Below, in pieces: positions 55,866-64,000 of a stretch of 64,000 nucleotides of DNA. A model generated the notes under the pieces. The model was given only the letters and a program-made list of their open reading frames with translations. It had not been told where the DNA came from and searched no databases. The DNA comes from an uncultured Gammaproteobacteria bacterium. Its GTDB lineage: Bacteria; Patescibacteriota; Patescibacteriia; UBA9934; GWF2-40-263. The DNA lies in the NCBI GenBank assembly GCA_964538435.1, contig CAZIDX010000006.1, positions 11,923 to 75,922 of the forward strand, in the 5' to 3' direction. A program made the position numbers and the translations under genes. Numbering within the stretch: position 1 is the first letter of the stretch; every line of letters begins with the position of its first letter.

Positions 55866-56852
55866 CTAATTTGCCTTGATGTTTGGCATGAGGCCGGGGA
55901 TGTTGACTGGCGGCTGCTCGACCCCTTCGAGATCGTCAGGGTCGATGCAGAGATTCCAGTGCGTGTGCTGTGTTGCTGTCTCTTCGTCAATGCCGAAGAC
56001 CAGGCACAGATGATCGATCTGCTCGTCGATGCGCTTGCGCATCTTCTTACTTGTGGTCACCTTGCCACGCTCTCTCCAGAGCTGGCGCACGCGTGCGCGC
56101 ACCACGATCTCTTCGCGTCCCTTGAGGACATCAGCGACGTATCGAGTGACCGTCTCTTCGACATACTCACGGAAGGCGAAGGAGGGTTCAGGGAGCTGGA
56201 AGTAGATGATGCGCAGAGCACCGTTGTCCTGTGCCTGCTTGAAGGCAAGTGACTTCTTGCTCTCGGGTGCGAAGACGAGCCCCACACATCCAGGTTGGTA
56301 GCGCCTGATGTTGACCTTGGCCACCTTGGCGATGGTGTCGTTGATGGCCCTGTCATACTCGTCGAGCAGACGCCCCTCTTCAGGGGCGACAGCCAGAGCG
56401 TTGTAGAGGCCAGCTCCGGCAGCGACTAGGTCTTTTGCGATCAGATCACCAAGCTGGCGACCATGATTGGATCCGCTGGGTCCTGAGTAGAAGAGAAAGT
56501 GCTCGAAGCCCTCGTCTTCTTCGTCGATGCCCAGCTCCTCGGCGTTTTCGATGACCGCTTCGAAGTCATAGCGGAAACTGTAGACTCCAAGCGGCGCATC
56601 TTCGAGCCACTCGGGGGTGATGTGATCACTGAGACTCTTCAGAAAATCCGCAGCAGCCTCTGGAACCAGAGCCGTTCCAACCGTCTTCTCTCCACCCTCG
56701 CCAGGGAGCACCACCACGATGAAGAACGCGTTGTGTGCTGGCACCTCTTCCAGATCGTCTTCTGATTCCTCCCCTCCATCAACAGCCATCTGAAGCAGCT
56801 CGGCTTCCTCGTCTGTAGGAGCACGAAGCTCGGTTTCTGCATTGCTTGGCAT
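55866..56852 (-). CDS. Hypothetical acidic protein (328 aa), GC-rich
   Basis: Start refined to ATG at 56852, preceded by GTGAGGTG. Terminator and TTGACA junction downstream. Confidence 0.5.
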   Translation of the reverse strand: MPSNAETELRAPTDEEAELLQMAVDGGEESEDDLEEVPAHNAFFIVVVLPGEGGEKTVGTALVPEAAADFLKSLSDHITPEWLEDAPLGVYSFRYDFEAVIENAEELGIDEEDEGFEHFLFYSGPSGSNHGRQLGDLIAKDLVAAGAGLYNALAVAPEEGRLLDEYDRAINDTIAKVAKVNIRRYQPGCVGLVFAPESKKSLAFKQAQDNGALRIIYFQLPEPSFAFREYVEETVTRYVADVLKGREEIVVRARVRQLWRERGKVTTSKKMRKRIDEQIDHLCLVFGIDEETATQHTHWNLCIDPDDLEGVEQPPVNIPGLMPNIKAN

Positions 56853-56925
56853 TGAGCACCTCACTATCAGTGTGCTAAACAAAACTACCAGCCTGGCTGG
56901 TAGTCGTCAAATGTCTAGGTTGATT

Positions 56926-58143
56926 TTATGCTGTTTTTGCGCTGTATTTTACGAGTTGGTTAATTCCTAGGGAAATCGCTGCTGCTGCAAAGAATGCTGT
57001 GCTTATTGAGAAGAATGTTGTGAGCACAATGAGGAACACAAGCATTACTACACGCCCCATGCTAAGCGCCATCTCTCGGATTACCGTGTACTCATCAATG
57101 TAATGCCCTGAATCTGCGGCCTGCTCGTACATGAGCGTGTCCATTGGTGTGCGGAGCAAGATTGAGCCAAAGCTGTGAAACGTGGATGCTGCAAAGACAC
57201 CTATCACAGTTGAGACCAACCCCTTTGAAACCCACCCGAGCGCATATAGACCTGTTCCATACTTAAGCATTCGTTTTGCAGAAAATTTGTCTGTGCCTTT
57301 ACCCACAAAGATTTCGAGCGCAAACCCAATGACCACAATTGCTGCTGTGAAGGCCCCAACGTCTAGGTAATCACCTTTAAAGACAATGTAGAGAAAGATT
57401 GGCCAGACTGCTACACCTACAACATTCTCTGCGCCATAGGCAGCCATAGAAAGAGACATGGGGCGGAACTTTTTTGAAAAGACTTTTTTGAAACTTTCCC
57501 AGAAACCAAACTCGTATTTCACCTTAAACTCAGGAAGGAACAGGAGTGGTGTGATTGATGAAGCTGCAATAAGGAGACCAAAAATGAAGTTAATCTTGTA
57601 GCCGTACTTCATGATGATGTATCCGGCCACAAGCGGAGCAAGTACGCTGATGAGTCGCTGCGCTGCATAGAACATCCCAATCTGTTTACCGCGCTTTCCT
57701 TTTTTCGTGTGCATGGCAAAGTCGATGTGAAACGGTGACCAGTAGAACACGCTCACGATCAGAAGACCAATGAAGCCGATGGTCATGAGAATGTACGGAT
57801 GGATGAATGATCCGCTGTCGAGTAGGTAGAACATCCAGTAGAACATGACCACGCCTGTTGTTCCAAAGATCATGCTTTTAACAAGCCCGATGCGAGAGAA
57901 GATCTGCGCTCCCCAGATGTAGAACGGGATTTTGATTGCAAAGTTGATGGCGTACCACAGGAGCACCATCTGGATGGAGAAGTTGAAAAACTCGTAGAGG
58001 AAGATCGCTAGGAATCCACCAACGATTGAGGATGCTGTGAACGCCAGGAGTCGGTTCGACGCCAGGGCTGGAAGCGCTCCCACATGCGAGAGGGAGTGGC
58101 GGTGAAGTCTGAATGGATGGCTGGTGAAGTGATGTGATCGCAT
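56926..58143 (-). CDS. MFS-family transporter
   Basis: About 12 hydrophobic helices. 405 aa. Confidence 0.65.
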   Translation of the reverse strand: MRSHHFTSHPFRLHRHSLSHVGALPALASNRLLAFTASSIVGGFLAIFLYEFFNFSIQMVLLWYAINFAIKIPFYIWGAQIFSRIGLVKSMIFGTTGVVMFYWMFYLLDSGSFIHPYILMTIGFIGLLIVSVFYWSPFHIDFAMHTKKGKRGKQIGMFYAAQRLISVLAPLVAGYIIMKYGYKINFIFGLLIAASSITPLLFLPEFKVKYEFGFWESFKKVFSKKFRPMSLSMAAYGAENVVGVAVWPIFLYIVFKGDYLDVGAFTAAIVVIGFALEIFVGKGTDKFSAKRMLKYGTGLYALGWVSKGLVSTVIGVFAASTFHSFGSILLRTPMDTLMYEQAADSGHYIDEYTVIREMALSMGRVVMLVFLIVLTTFFSISTAFFAAAAISLGINQLVKYSAKTA

Positions 58144-58243
58144 ACAAGGATAAGTATAGCACCGATGTTGACACTCGTCTGTTTGAGCGTTATGATATCC
58201 ACCCGGCCCGGGGGGGATCTCAACCTAGACCGAGGAGGTCCCC

Positions 58244-58483
58244 ATGTATGTCTGTCCACACTGCAAGAACACTGGCGTGATTGATACTGGCAACAACGAC
58301 TTGCCATGTCGTAACTGCCCAGCTGGAGACAGGGCGTTGTTTAACATCGCTGAGGTTCGAGGCTTGGTGACTGGAGAAGAGGTCAAGCGCCACTTTCTCA
58401 ACACCTCTCCTGAGCCGATCGTCAGGTCTGGCCCCCACAATCTGAAGGCCGAGGATCTTCCTGGTCGACAGAAGAAAAACTAG
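58244..58483 (+). CDS. Small zinc-ribbon protein (79 aa; CxxC...CxxC)
   Basis: CPHC and CRNC pairs. RBS GAGGAGG 6 nt upstream. GC-rich. Confidence 0.4.
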   Translation: MYVCPHCKNTGVIDTGNNDLPCRNCPAGDRALFNIAEVRGLVTGEEVKRHFLNTSPEPIVRSGPHNLKAEDLPGRQKKN

Positions 58484-58661
58484 GGCATCTTGCCCCTGCT
58501 GAATGCGGGGGTTTTCTGATTGGAAAATTTTGTTATGAATTCTAGTGTTTTCTTTGTGTTTTTACCTGAATTTTACTTGAAACGATTGACAAAACCCTTG
58601 TTTTCTGCTATTCTTTTTCGTTCACAACTGACTCTTAAACTGCCAAGATACGAGGTGAAAC

Positions 58662-59480
58662 ATGGGTCCAATCGAAATCCAGTACGAGGTTTTCGAGAAT
58701 ATCGAAGAGCTCTATTCGGAGCTCAGGAAGGCAAAGCATGGATATGACAAGGAGGACGCATGGTGGGACCTTTCTTCGCCGCAGGTGATCCTTGGTTTGC
58801 TACTTAGCACTATCGCCCTCGTTTGCTCCGGTATCTGGTTGGTCTTCCGTCCGGAAGTCATCGGATTCTTCGCTGTCTTTGCTGGGATGTTTGGCTTGTT
58901 CTTTGACTGCATTTCGATCCCTGTCGTACGACGCTACGTCACAACCAGACGAAACAACGGCTGGCACAACAAACACACCGAGGAAGAAGCTGCTCTTCTG
59001 CGCGATCCCATCGTTCAGTTCGTTGGGAAGGTGGTTGCAGCTGAGCAGGAGATCACCGACTTCATCGAGAGTTGGAACGACTACGTGTGCCGGCGAGATC
59101 TGGGAATCTTGGAAGAGGATCCTGAGCTCGAGAAGATGGGCCCTGTGGCCCAGAAGGCACATGACACCATGGCGAACATCCTGCTCATGGCGCGTGAGTT
59201 CGTGAAGATTCGTGAGGAGCGCCTCGAGCGTGACGAACGGGTCACCGAGCTTCACATGGCCAGCGGGATCGACATCGCTGAGGTGCTCGACTCTCTGACT
59301 CGGGCCGCAAACGACGCCCAGTCGTACATCAAGGCCTACCAGGAGACCGAAGGCACCACATCCTGCCCACTCGATGCCATCGCGAGGATCGAGACGGTGC
59401 AGGCTGAGCTGCGGGGAGACATTCCCGAGAGCAAGAAGCTCAAGTACCTGGCAGCTGCGGCCGCAAAGGCCCATGCCTAG
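58662..59480 (+). CDS. Hypothetical membrane protein (272 aa), GC-rich
   Basis: Two TM helices followed by a helical domain. No known motif. Confidence 0.5.
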   Translation: MGPIEIQYEVFENIEELYSELRKAKHGYDKEDAWWDLSSPQVILGLLLSTIALVCSGIWLVFRPEVIGFFAVFAGMFGLFFDCISIPVVRRYVTTRRNNGWHNKHTEEEAALLRDPIVQFVGKVVAAEQEITDFIESWNDYVCRRDLGILEEDPELEKMGPVAQKAHDTMANILLMAREFVKIREERLERDERVTELHMASGIDIAEVLDSLTRAANDAQSYIKAYQETEGTTSCPLDAIARIETVQAELRGDIPESKKLKYLAAAAAKAHA

Positions 59481-59570
59481 CCCCACGCACACACCCACAA
59501 GGCGCATCAAGCCTAGCTGGGTGTGTCTTTTGTTTTAGGAATGCTCTTCAACCCAGCCTGGGTAAATTCC

Positions 59571-59681
59571 TTGACAAAAAGGGGGTAAAAAGCTATCATT
59601 GGCTCGTAATAACTTAATTGGCGGTGTCTTGGAACGGGACTAAGCACCCTTTCTCGGATACACGCACGAACACACAGAACT
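59571..59681 (+). promoter_or_regulatory. rpsO promoter (TTGACA-17-TATCAT) and ~80-nt leader
   Basis: Consensus -35 with a 17-bp spacer. The leader length is consistent with an S15 autoregulatory 5' UTR. Confidence 0.55.
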
Positions 59682-59945
59682 ATGCTTACAGCAAAGAAAA
59701 AGCAGAAGATCATTGAGAAGTACCGCACGCACAAATCAGACACTGGTTCGCCGCAGGTACAGATCGCGATTCTAACGTTTGAGATCGAGGATCTCACAAA
59801 GCACCTTCGCGATCACAAAAAGGACAACTCATCTAGGCGCGGGCTCATCAAAAAGGTAAACGAGCGACGACGTCTTCTACAGTATTTGGAGCGAGAAGAT
59901 GAGAAGGCTCATGGAAAGCTCAAAGCTGATCTCAAAATCCGATAA
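59682..59945 (+). CDS. rpsO: 30S ribosomal protein S15
   Basis: 87 aa with ...[27 protein letters not shown]... typical of S15. Confidence 0.9.
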   Translation: MLTAKKKQKIIEKYRTHKSDTGSPQVQIAILTFEIEDLTKHLRDHKKDNSSRRGLIKKVNERRRLLQYLEREDEKAHGKLKADLKIR

Positions 59946-60007
59946 TTCCACCCGGCCATTGCGGCCGGGTTTTGGCTTTTAAGAGAGCTCTTTAATTTTT
60001 CGCTCTC

Positions 60008-60712
60008 TTGCACATTAAAACTATGTTTAAGCACGAAGATCAGCGTGTCGGTGTCTTTATCGATACGCAAAATATGTACTATTCCGCCAGAAATCTTTTT
60101 AAGCGGAAGGTGAACTTTAAAAATATTCTTGAGGATGCGATAGCAGGACGAAAGCTCATCAGGGCTCGAGCCTATGTGATCCGTACGCAAAGCGATGATG
60201 CCCGACCGTTTTTCGAGGCGCTCCAGAAAGCTGGAATCGAAACTCGAGAAAAGGACCTTTTGGAGTATGACTCGGGTCATAAGAAAGGAGATTGGGATGT
60301 TGGGCTTACCATTGATGTGGTTCAAGCGCTCGACATGCTCGATGTGGTGATCATTGTTAGTGGTGATGGGGACTACATTCCTCTTGCTGAATATATCCGC
60401 AGTCGAGGTCGCATGGTTGAGGTCATGGCGTTTCGCGCAACAACTTCAAGCACACTTATCGAGCATGTTGATGACTACGTTGACCTTTCAGAAAACAAAC
60501 GGCGCTACTTGATTGGACCAGCTGCAAAGACAAGAACAAAGACAGCCTCACCGAAAAAGAAAACATCAAAAACGAAGACGGTCAAGAAAAGTAAGGATGA
60601 GCAGCTTGAAGATCAGATTGAGGAAGCGATCCTTGGTGGATTCTTTATGCCTTCAAAAGGGGATGATGAAGATGACCAGAAAGACCTTCGCAAACGTCGA
60701 CTTGAATTTTAA
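60008..60712 (+). CDS. NYN-domain (LabA-like) protein with basic K/T-rich C-terminal tail
   Basis: GVFIDTQNMYYS, GDWDVGLTIDVVQA and VIIVSGDGDYIPL match NYN/LabA motifs. Inserted between rpsO and pnp. Confidence 0.7.
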   Translation: MHIKTMFKHEDQRVGVFIDTQNMYYSARNLFKRKVNFKNILEDAIAGRKLIRARAYVIRTQSDDARPFFEALQKAGIETREKDLLEYDSGHKKGDWDVGLTIDVVQALDMLDVVIIVSGDGDYIPLAEYIRSRGRMVEVMAFRATTSSTLIEHVDDYVDLSENKRRYLIGPAAKTRTKTASPKKKTSKTKTVKKSKDEQLEDQIEEAILGGFFMPSKGDDEDDQKDLRKRRLEF

Positions 60713-60790
60713 CCTTGTTAGCCCTGACGTAGCTGCAGATCATGCAGCTACCAACTGGTCTAATAATTAACCTACGATCCTGCAGGGACA

Positions 60791-63127
60791 ATGAGATCTC
60801 GAGTTCACTCGAAATCTTCAGCTCCTGACAGGATCACAAATCTTATGCAAAACGCACAACGTTTTGAAACCGAGTGGGGTGGTAAAACACTCTCAATCGA
60901 AGTTGGGAAATTCGCCCAGCAAGCAGGAGGATCCTGCCTGGTTCAGTATGGCGAGACCGTCATTCTTGGAACCGCAACCATGAGCTCATCGCAGCGCGAT
61001 GGACTCCACTTCTTTCCACTAATGGTGGACTATGAAGAAAAGATGTATGCGGCCGGCCGCATCAAGGGAAGCCGCTTTATGAAAAAGGAAGGGCGCCCAA
61101 CTGACGAAGCCGTTCTTGTTGGTCGATCAATCGACCGCGCGCTTCGACCGCTCTTTGACCAGAGCATCCGATATGATGTTCAGGTGATTCTTACAGCCCT
61201 TGCTTACGACGGAGAAAACGACCCAGATGTTGTCGCGCTCATCGCAGCGAGTTGCGCACTTCACATGAGTGATGTGCCATGGGCTGGTCCGCTTGGAGGC
61301 GTCCGTGTTGGTCATGTTGAGGGAGACTATGTTCTTAACCCAACAAATGAGCAGCGCGAGACTTCAAAGCTCGACCTCATGTTTGCTGGAATGGACGACA
61401 AGGTAGTGATGGTTGAGGCTGATGCTACTGAAGCTGACGAGGACATTGTTCTTGGTGGTTTCTGGTACGGCCTTGATAACATGGAGGCGCCAATCAAGCT
61501 GATTGAAGAGGTGCGAGCAGCGGTTGGAAAGGAAAAACGTGACCTTTCTCCTAAAACTGATGAGGCAAAGGCGCTTCTTGAGACAAAGAAAAAGGTTGAA
61601 GAGCTTTCTGTTCCTTTTATCATGGAGCAGACAAAGGAGCTTTTCTTTGCTGAGCCTCAGGCTACAAAGGGAGATCGAAACACTCAGCGAAACGAGATCA
61701 AAGAGCGACTCACGGTTTTTCTTACAGAGAAAGAAATCGAGCCAGAGCATATTCGCTTTGGAACAGACATGATCTATGAAACGGTTGAGCGAGAAGTTTC
61801 TCGAGCGATTGTTGAAGACGGAAAGCGTGTGGATGGACGATCGCTCACTGAGATCCGCGACCTTGTTGCAGAGGTTGCTGTGCTCCCGCGCGTTCACGGA
61901 ACAGGACACTTCATGCGTGGAGAGACTCAGGTTTTGACTGTGACCACTCTTGGTTCTCCAGGGGACGAGCAAACACTCGATGGCATGGAGACGGTTGGAA
62001 CGCAACGGTACTTCCACCACTACAACTTCCCTCCATACTCTGTTGGAGAAGTGAAGCCAATGCGTGGCCCATCTCGCCGAGACATTGGACATGGTGGTCT
62101 TGCTGAAAAAGCTCTTATGCAAATGCTGCCAAACAAGGAAGACTTCCCGTACACGATCCGAACTGTGTCAGAGGTATTTGGCTCAAACGGTTCAAGTTCA
62201 ATGGGAGCAACTTGCGGATCAACACTTTCGCTCATGGACGCAGGTGTGCCTATCAAGGCACCTGTTGCTGGAATGGCAATGGGACTTGCAATGAACGATG
62301 CAGGTGACTGGAAAGTAATCACAGACCTTCAGGACCTGGAAGACGGTAAGGGTGGAATGGACTTTAAGATCGCTGGATCACGAGAGGGTATTACTGCGAT
62401 CCAGATGGACACAAAAACCCACGGACTCTCCCGAGAGATTGTTGAGCAGGCGTTCCGTCAGGCAAAGCCAGCGCGCATGGAGATCCTTGATGTGATTGAA
62501 AAGACAATTGCTGAGCCACGAGCAGAACTCTCTCCACATGCTCCGCGGATTATCACGCTACGCATCAATCCAGAACTGATTGGAAATGTGATTGGTCCTG
62601 GAGGAAAGACCATCAATGAACTTATTGAAACCACAGGCGTGCAAGCGATCGACATTGATGACGATGGGCTTGTCATGATCACCTCAACTGATGCTGAAGG
62701 TGCACAAGAGGCAATGAAACAGGTTGAGATGCTCACAAAGGAAGCGAAGGTTGGTGAGATCTATAAGGGTAAGGTTGTGCGGATCATGGACTTTGGTGCC
62801 ATTGTAGAATTCCTTCCAAAGCAGGACGGAATGGTGCATGTGAGCATGATGGCTCCATGGCGAGTTGAAAAAGTTACAGATATTGTTAAGCTCGGAGATG
62901 AAGTGATGGTTAAGATCATGGAAATGGAAGGTGGAAAGACTAGCCTTTCTATGAAGGATGCTCCAGGAAACAAGCTTCCAGAGCGACCAGCACCACGACC
63001 AGGCTCAGATCGACCACGAAACGGACGACCTCCACAGCGTGGCGGGCGAAGGGATGATCGAGGAGATCGACGTCCACCAGCACGACCAGCTAGCCGAGCT
63101 CCACAAAAACCAACAAAGGAGGCCTAA
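60791..63127 (+). CDS. pnp: Polyribonucleotide nucleotidyltransferase (PNPase) with Arg/Gly/Pro-rich C-terminal tail
   Basis: Two RNase PH domains, then KH (GPGGKTINELIETTG) and S1 domains, then a basic tail of about 55 aa. Confidence 0.92.
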   Translation: MRSRVHSKSSAPDRITNLMQNAQRFETEWGGKTLSIEVGKFAQQAGGSCLVQYGETVILGTATMSSSQRDGLHFFPLMVDYEEKMYAAGRIKGSRFMKKEGRPTDEAVLVGRSIDRALRPLFDQSIRYDVQVILTALAYDGENDPDVVALIAASCALHMSDVPWAGPLGGVRVGHVEGDYVLNPTNEQRETSKLDLMFAGMDDKVVMVEADATEADEDIVLGGFWYGLDNMEAPIKLIEEVRAAVGKEKRDLSPKTDEAKALLETKKKVEELSVPFIMEQTKELFFAEPQATKGDRNTQRNEIKERLTVFLTEKEIEPEHIRFGTDMIYETVEREVSRAIVEDGKRVDGRSLTEIRDLVAEVAVLPRVHGTGHFMRGETQVLTVTTLGSPGDEQTLDGMETVGTQRYFHHYNFPPYSVGEVKPMRGPSRRDIGHGGLAEKALMQMLPNKEDFPYTIRTVSEVFGSNGSSSMGATCGSTLSLMDAGVPIKAPVAGMAMGLAMNDAGDWKVITDLQDLEDGKGGMDFKIAGSREGITAIQMDTKTHGLSREIVEQAFRQAKPARMEILDVIEKTIAEPRAELSPHAPRIITLRINPELIGNVIGPGGKTINELIETTGVQAIDIDDDGLVMITSTDAEGAQEAMKQVEMLTKEAKVGEIYKGKVVRIMDFGAIVEFLPKQDGMVHVSMMAPWRVEKVTDIVKLGDEVMVKIMEMEGGKTSLSMKDAPGNKLPERPAPRPGSDRPRNGRPPQRGGRRDDRGDRRPPARPASRAPQKPTKEA

Positions 63128-63135
63128 TCATAGGC

Positions 63136-64000
63136 ATGCAGAGACTCAACATCCCGTTATCACGACATAAACGAACAACCCGCCGTAGTAGGTGGGTTGT
63201 TTGGGTGTTGATCTTGGTTCTGGTGGGTGGCCTCTTTTTGGTTTGGAACACTGGAAGATGGTGGTTTTCTGGTGCAGGTATTCTTGAGCATGCGCCTGTA
63301 GATACAGTTGCTGCGGTGCATTTGCGAGTGAACCCTGGAACATCCGGGGATATCGAGCAGATTTTGGCTAAGACTCCACTAATATCTGATCGGAGCTTGA
63401 CCTTCTCGGACCTAAAACCCTATATTCATGGTGATTTAGCTTGGTTTTTCACAAGTGATGGAAGGCGCACTGTTTCGATTAGGGGTGATTATTTCGAAAT
63501 TTCTGAGGCGTTTGCAAACTTGAGCCTTTCGATCGAAGAGGTGGACCAGGGAATTGTCATGCTTTCTAAGACTCTCCCTGCTATCTCTGTAGAAGATTAC
63601 GGCGTGCGAGCACCGCTTCTACCGACCGTTTTTCGGCAATATTTGGGGCAAATCGTACTCCCACTAGATGATCTTCGGAGTCGAATTTACCTGAAAAACA
63701 ACAAATTGTCGCTGAATTTGGGTGATTCGGACAATGATCATGTTGGTGAAATAAGGCTCCCACAAGGCACAATCATGGCTTTGTCAACGTTATCGTGGAC
63801 AAACAAGCTCGCAAGTGAGGATTCAGCTTTGCTAAATCGTTCATTTATTCCAGAAATAGATACTTTTTCAGCACTTTTTGAGGATTTCCAGTTTGTTCTT
63901 GCAAAAGCAGAGAACGGGAACTCCTATTTAGCTGAGGGGCAACTGGCGCAAAACATTGATATTGGAACTTTTCTGCAAACTCTTGTCTCCGCACAGTCCC
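63136..64000 (+). CDS. Partial (3'-truncated by window) membrane-anchored hypothetical protein
   Basis: ATG preceded by AAGGAGG. N-terminal TM (WVVWVLILVLVGGLFLVW). The open frame runs to the window end and, lacking a stop, is absent from the ORF track. Confidence 0.5.
   Translation, partial: MQRLNIPLSRHKRTTRRSRWVVWVLILVLVGGLFLVWNTGRWWFSGAGILEHAPVDTVAAVHLRVNPGTSGDIEQILAKTPLISDRSLTFSDLKPYIHGDLAWFFTSDGRRTVSIRGDYFEISEAFANLSLSIEEVDQGIVMLSKTLPAISVEDYGVRAPLLPTVFRQYLGQIVLPLDDLRSRIYLKNNKLSLNLGDSDNDHVGEIRLPQGTIMALSTLSWTNKLASEDSALLNRSFIPEIDTFSALFEDFQFVLAKAENGNSYLAEGQLAQNIDIGTFLQTLVSAQS

Overview
Bacterial chromosomal window of 64 kb with compact, operon-rich gene organisation. The backbone runs about 47-50% GC and carries ordinary housekeeping genes: efp with an epmA-like partner, rpsF-ssb-rpsR, ychF, a fused coaD-coaE, rmuC, rpsT, holA, polA, rpsO, pnp and four tRNAs. 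The backbone is interrupted by several compositionally distinct islands:

1. A GC-rich island of about 57-60% GC (roughly 6.0-14.6 kb). It holds a tandem array of four paralogous genes of unknown function (A1, B1, A2, B2). Each has its own sigma70-like promoter and a shared quasi-palindromic CCGGATRTGRCCCCGG motif at the start of transcription. The island also holds an acidic, Cys-rich membrane protein, a 181-bp inverted-repeat element that looks like a miniature transposable element (MITE), tRNA-Ala(GGC) and a further unknown gene.

2. A four-gene cell-surface operon (17.5-30.3 kb). It encodes a 2512-aa secreted giant protein, an 1154-aa protein with FN3 (fibronectin type III)-like and Cna-B-like domains and a membrane anchor, and two smaller secreted or anchored proteins.

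3. A GC-rich island of unknown genes (41.2-43.7 kb) abutting tRNA-His(GTG). The tRNA 3' end is duplicated 134 bp away as a 12-bp direct repeat, with an inverted T-arm fragment in between, which looks like an attachment-site (att) scar.

4. A low-GC (about 40%) six-gene operon (44.2-49.2 kb). It encodes a class I SAM-dependent methyltransferase, a threonine-dehydratase-like PLP enzyme, an ornithine-cyclodeaminase-like protein, a NifS-like desulfurase and unknowns. It is transcribed divergently from a tandem-AsnC regulator.

5. A GC-rich mini-island (50.4-51.6 kb) next to tRNA-Arg(TCT) and a XerC/D-type tyrosine recombinase.

A family of terminator-promoter junction modules of about 45-85 bp (GAAAAGCCC-hairpin ... 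TTGACA) recurs at seven or more intergenic sites, mostly bordering the GC-rich islands. No CRISPR array, rRNA or recognisable transposase was seen. My coordinates for non-coding features may be off by about 2 nt. One CDS end taken from the ORF track (about 8432) disagreed by 2 nt with my reading of the sequence.
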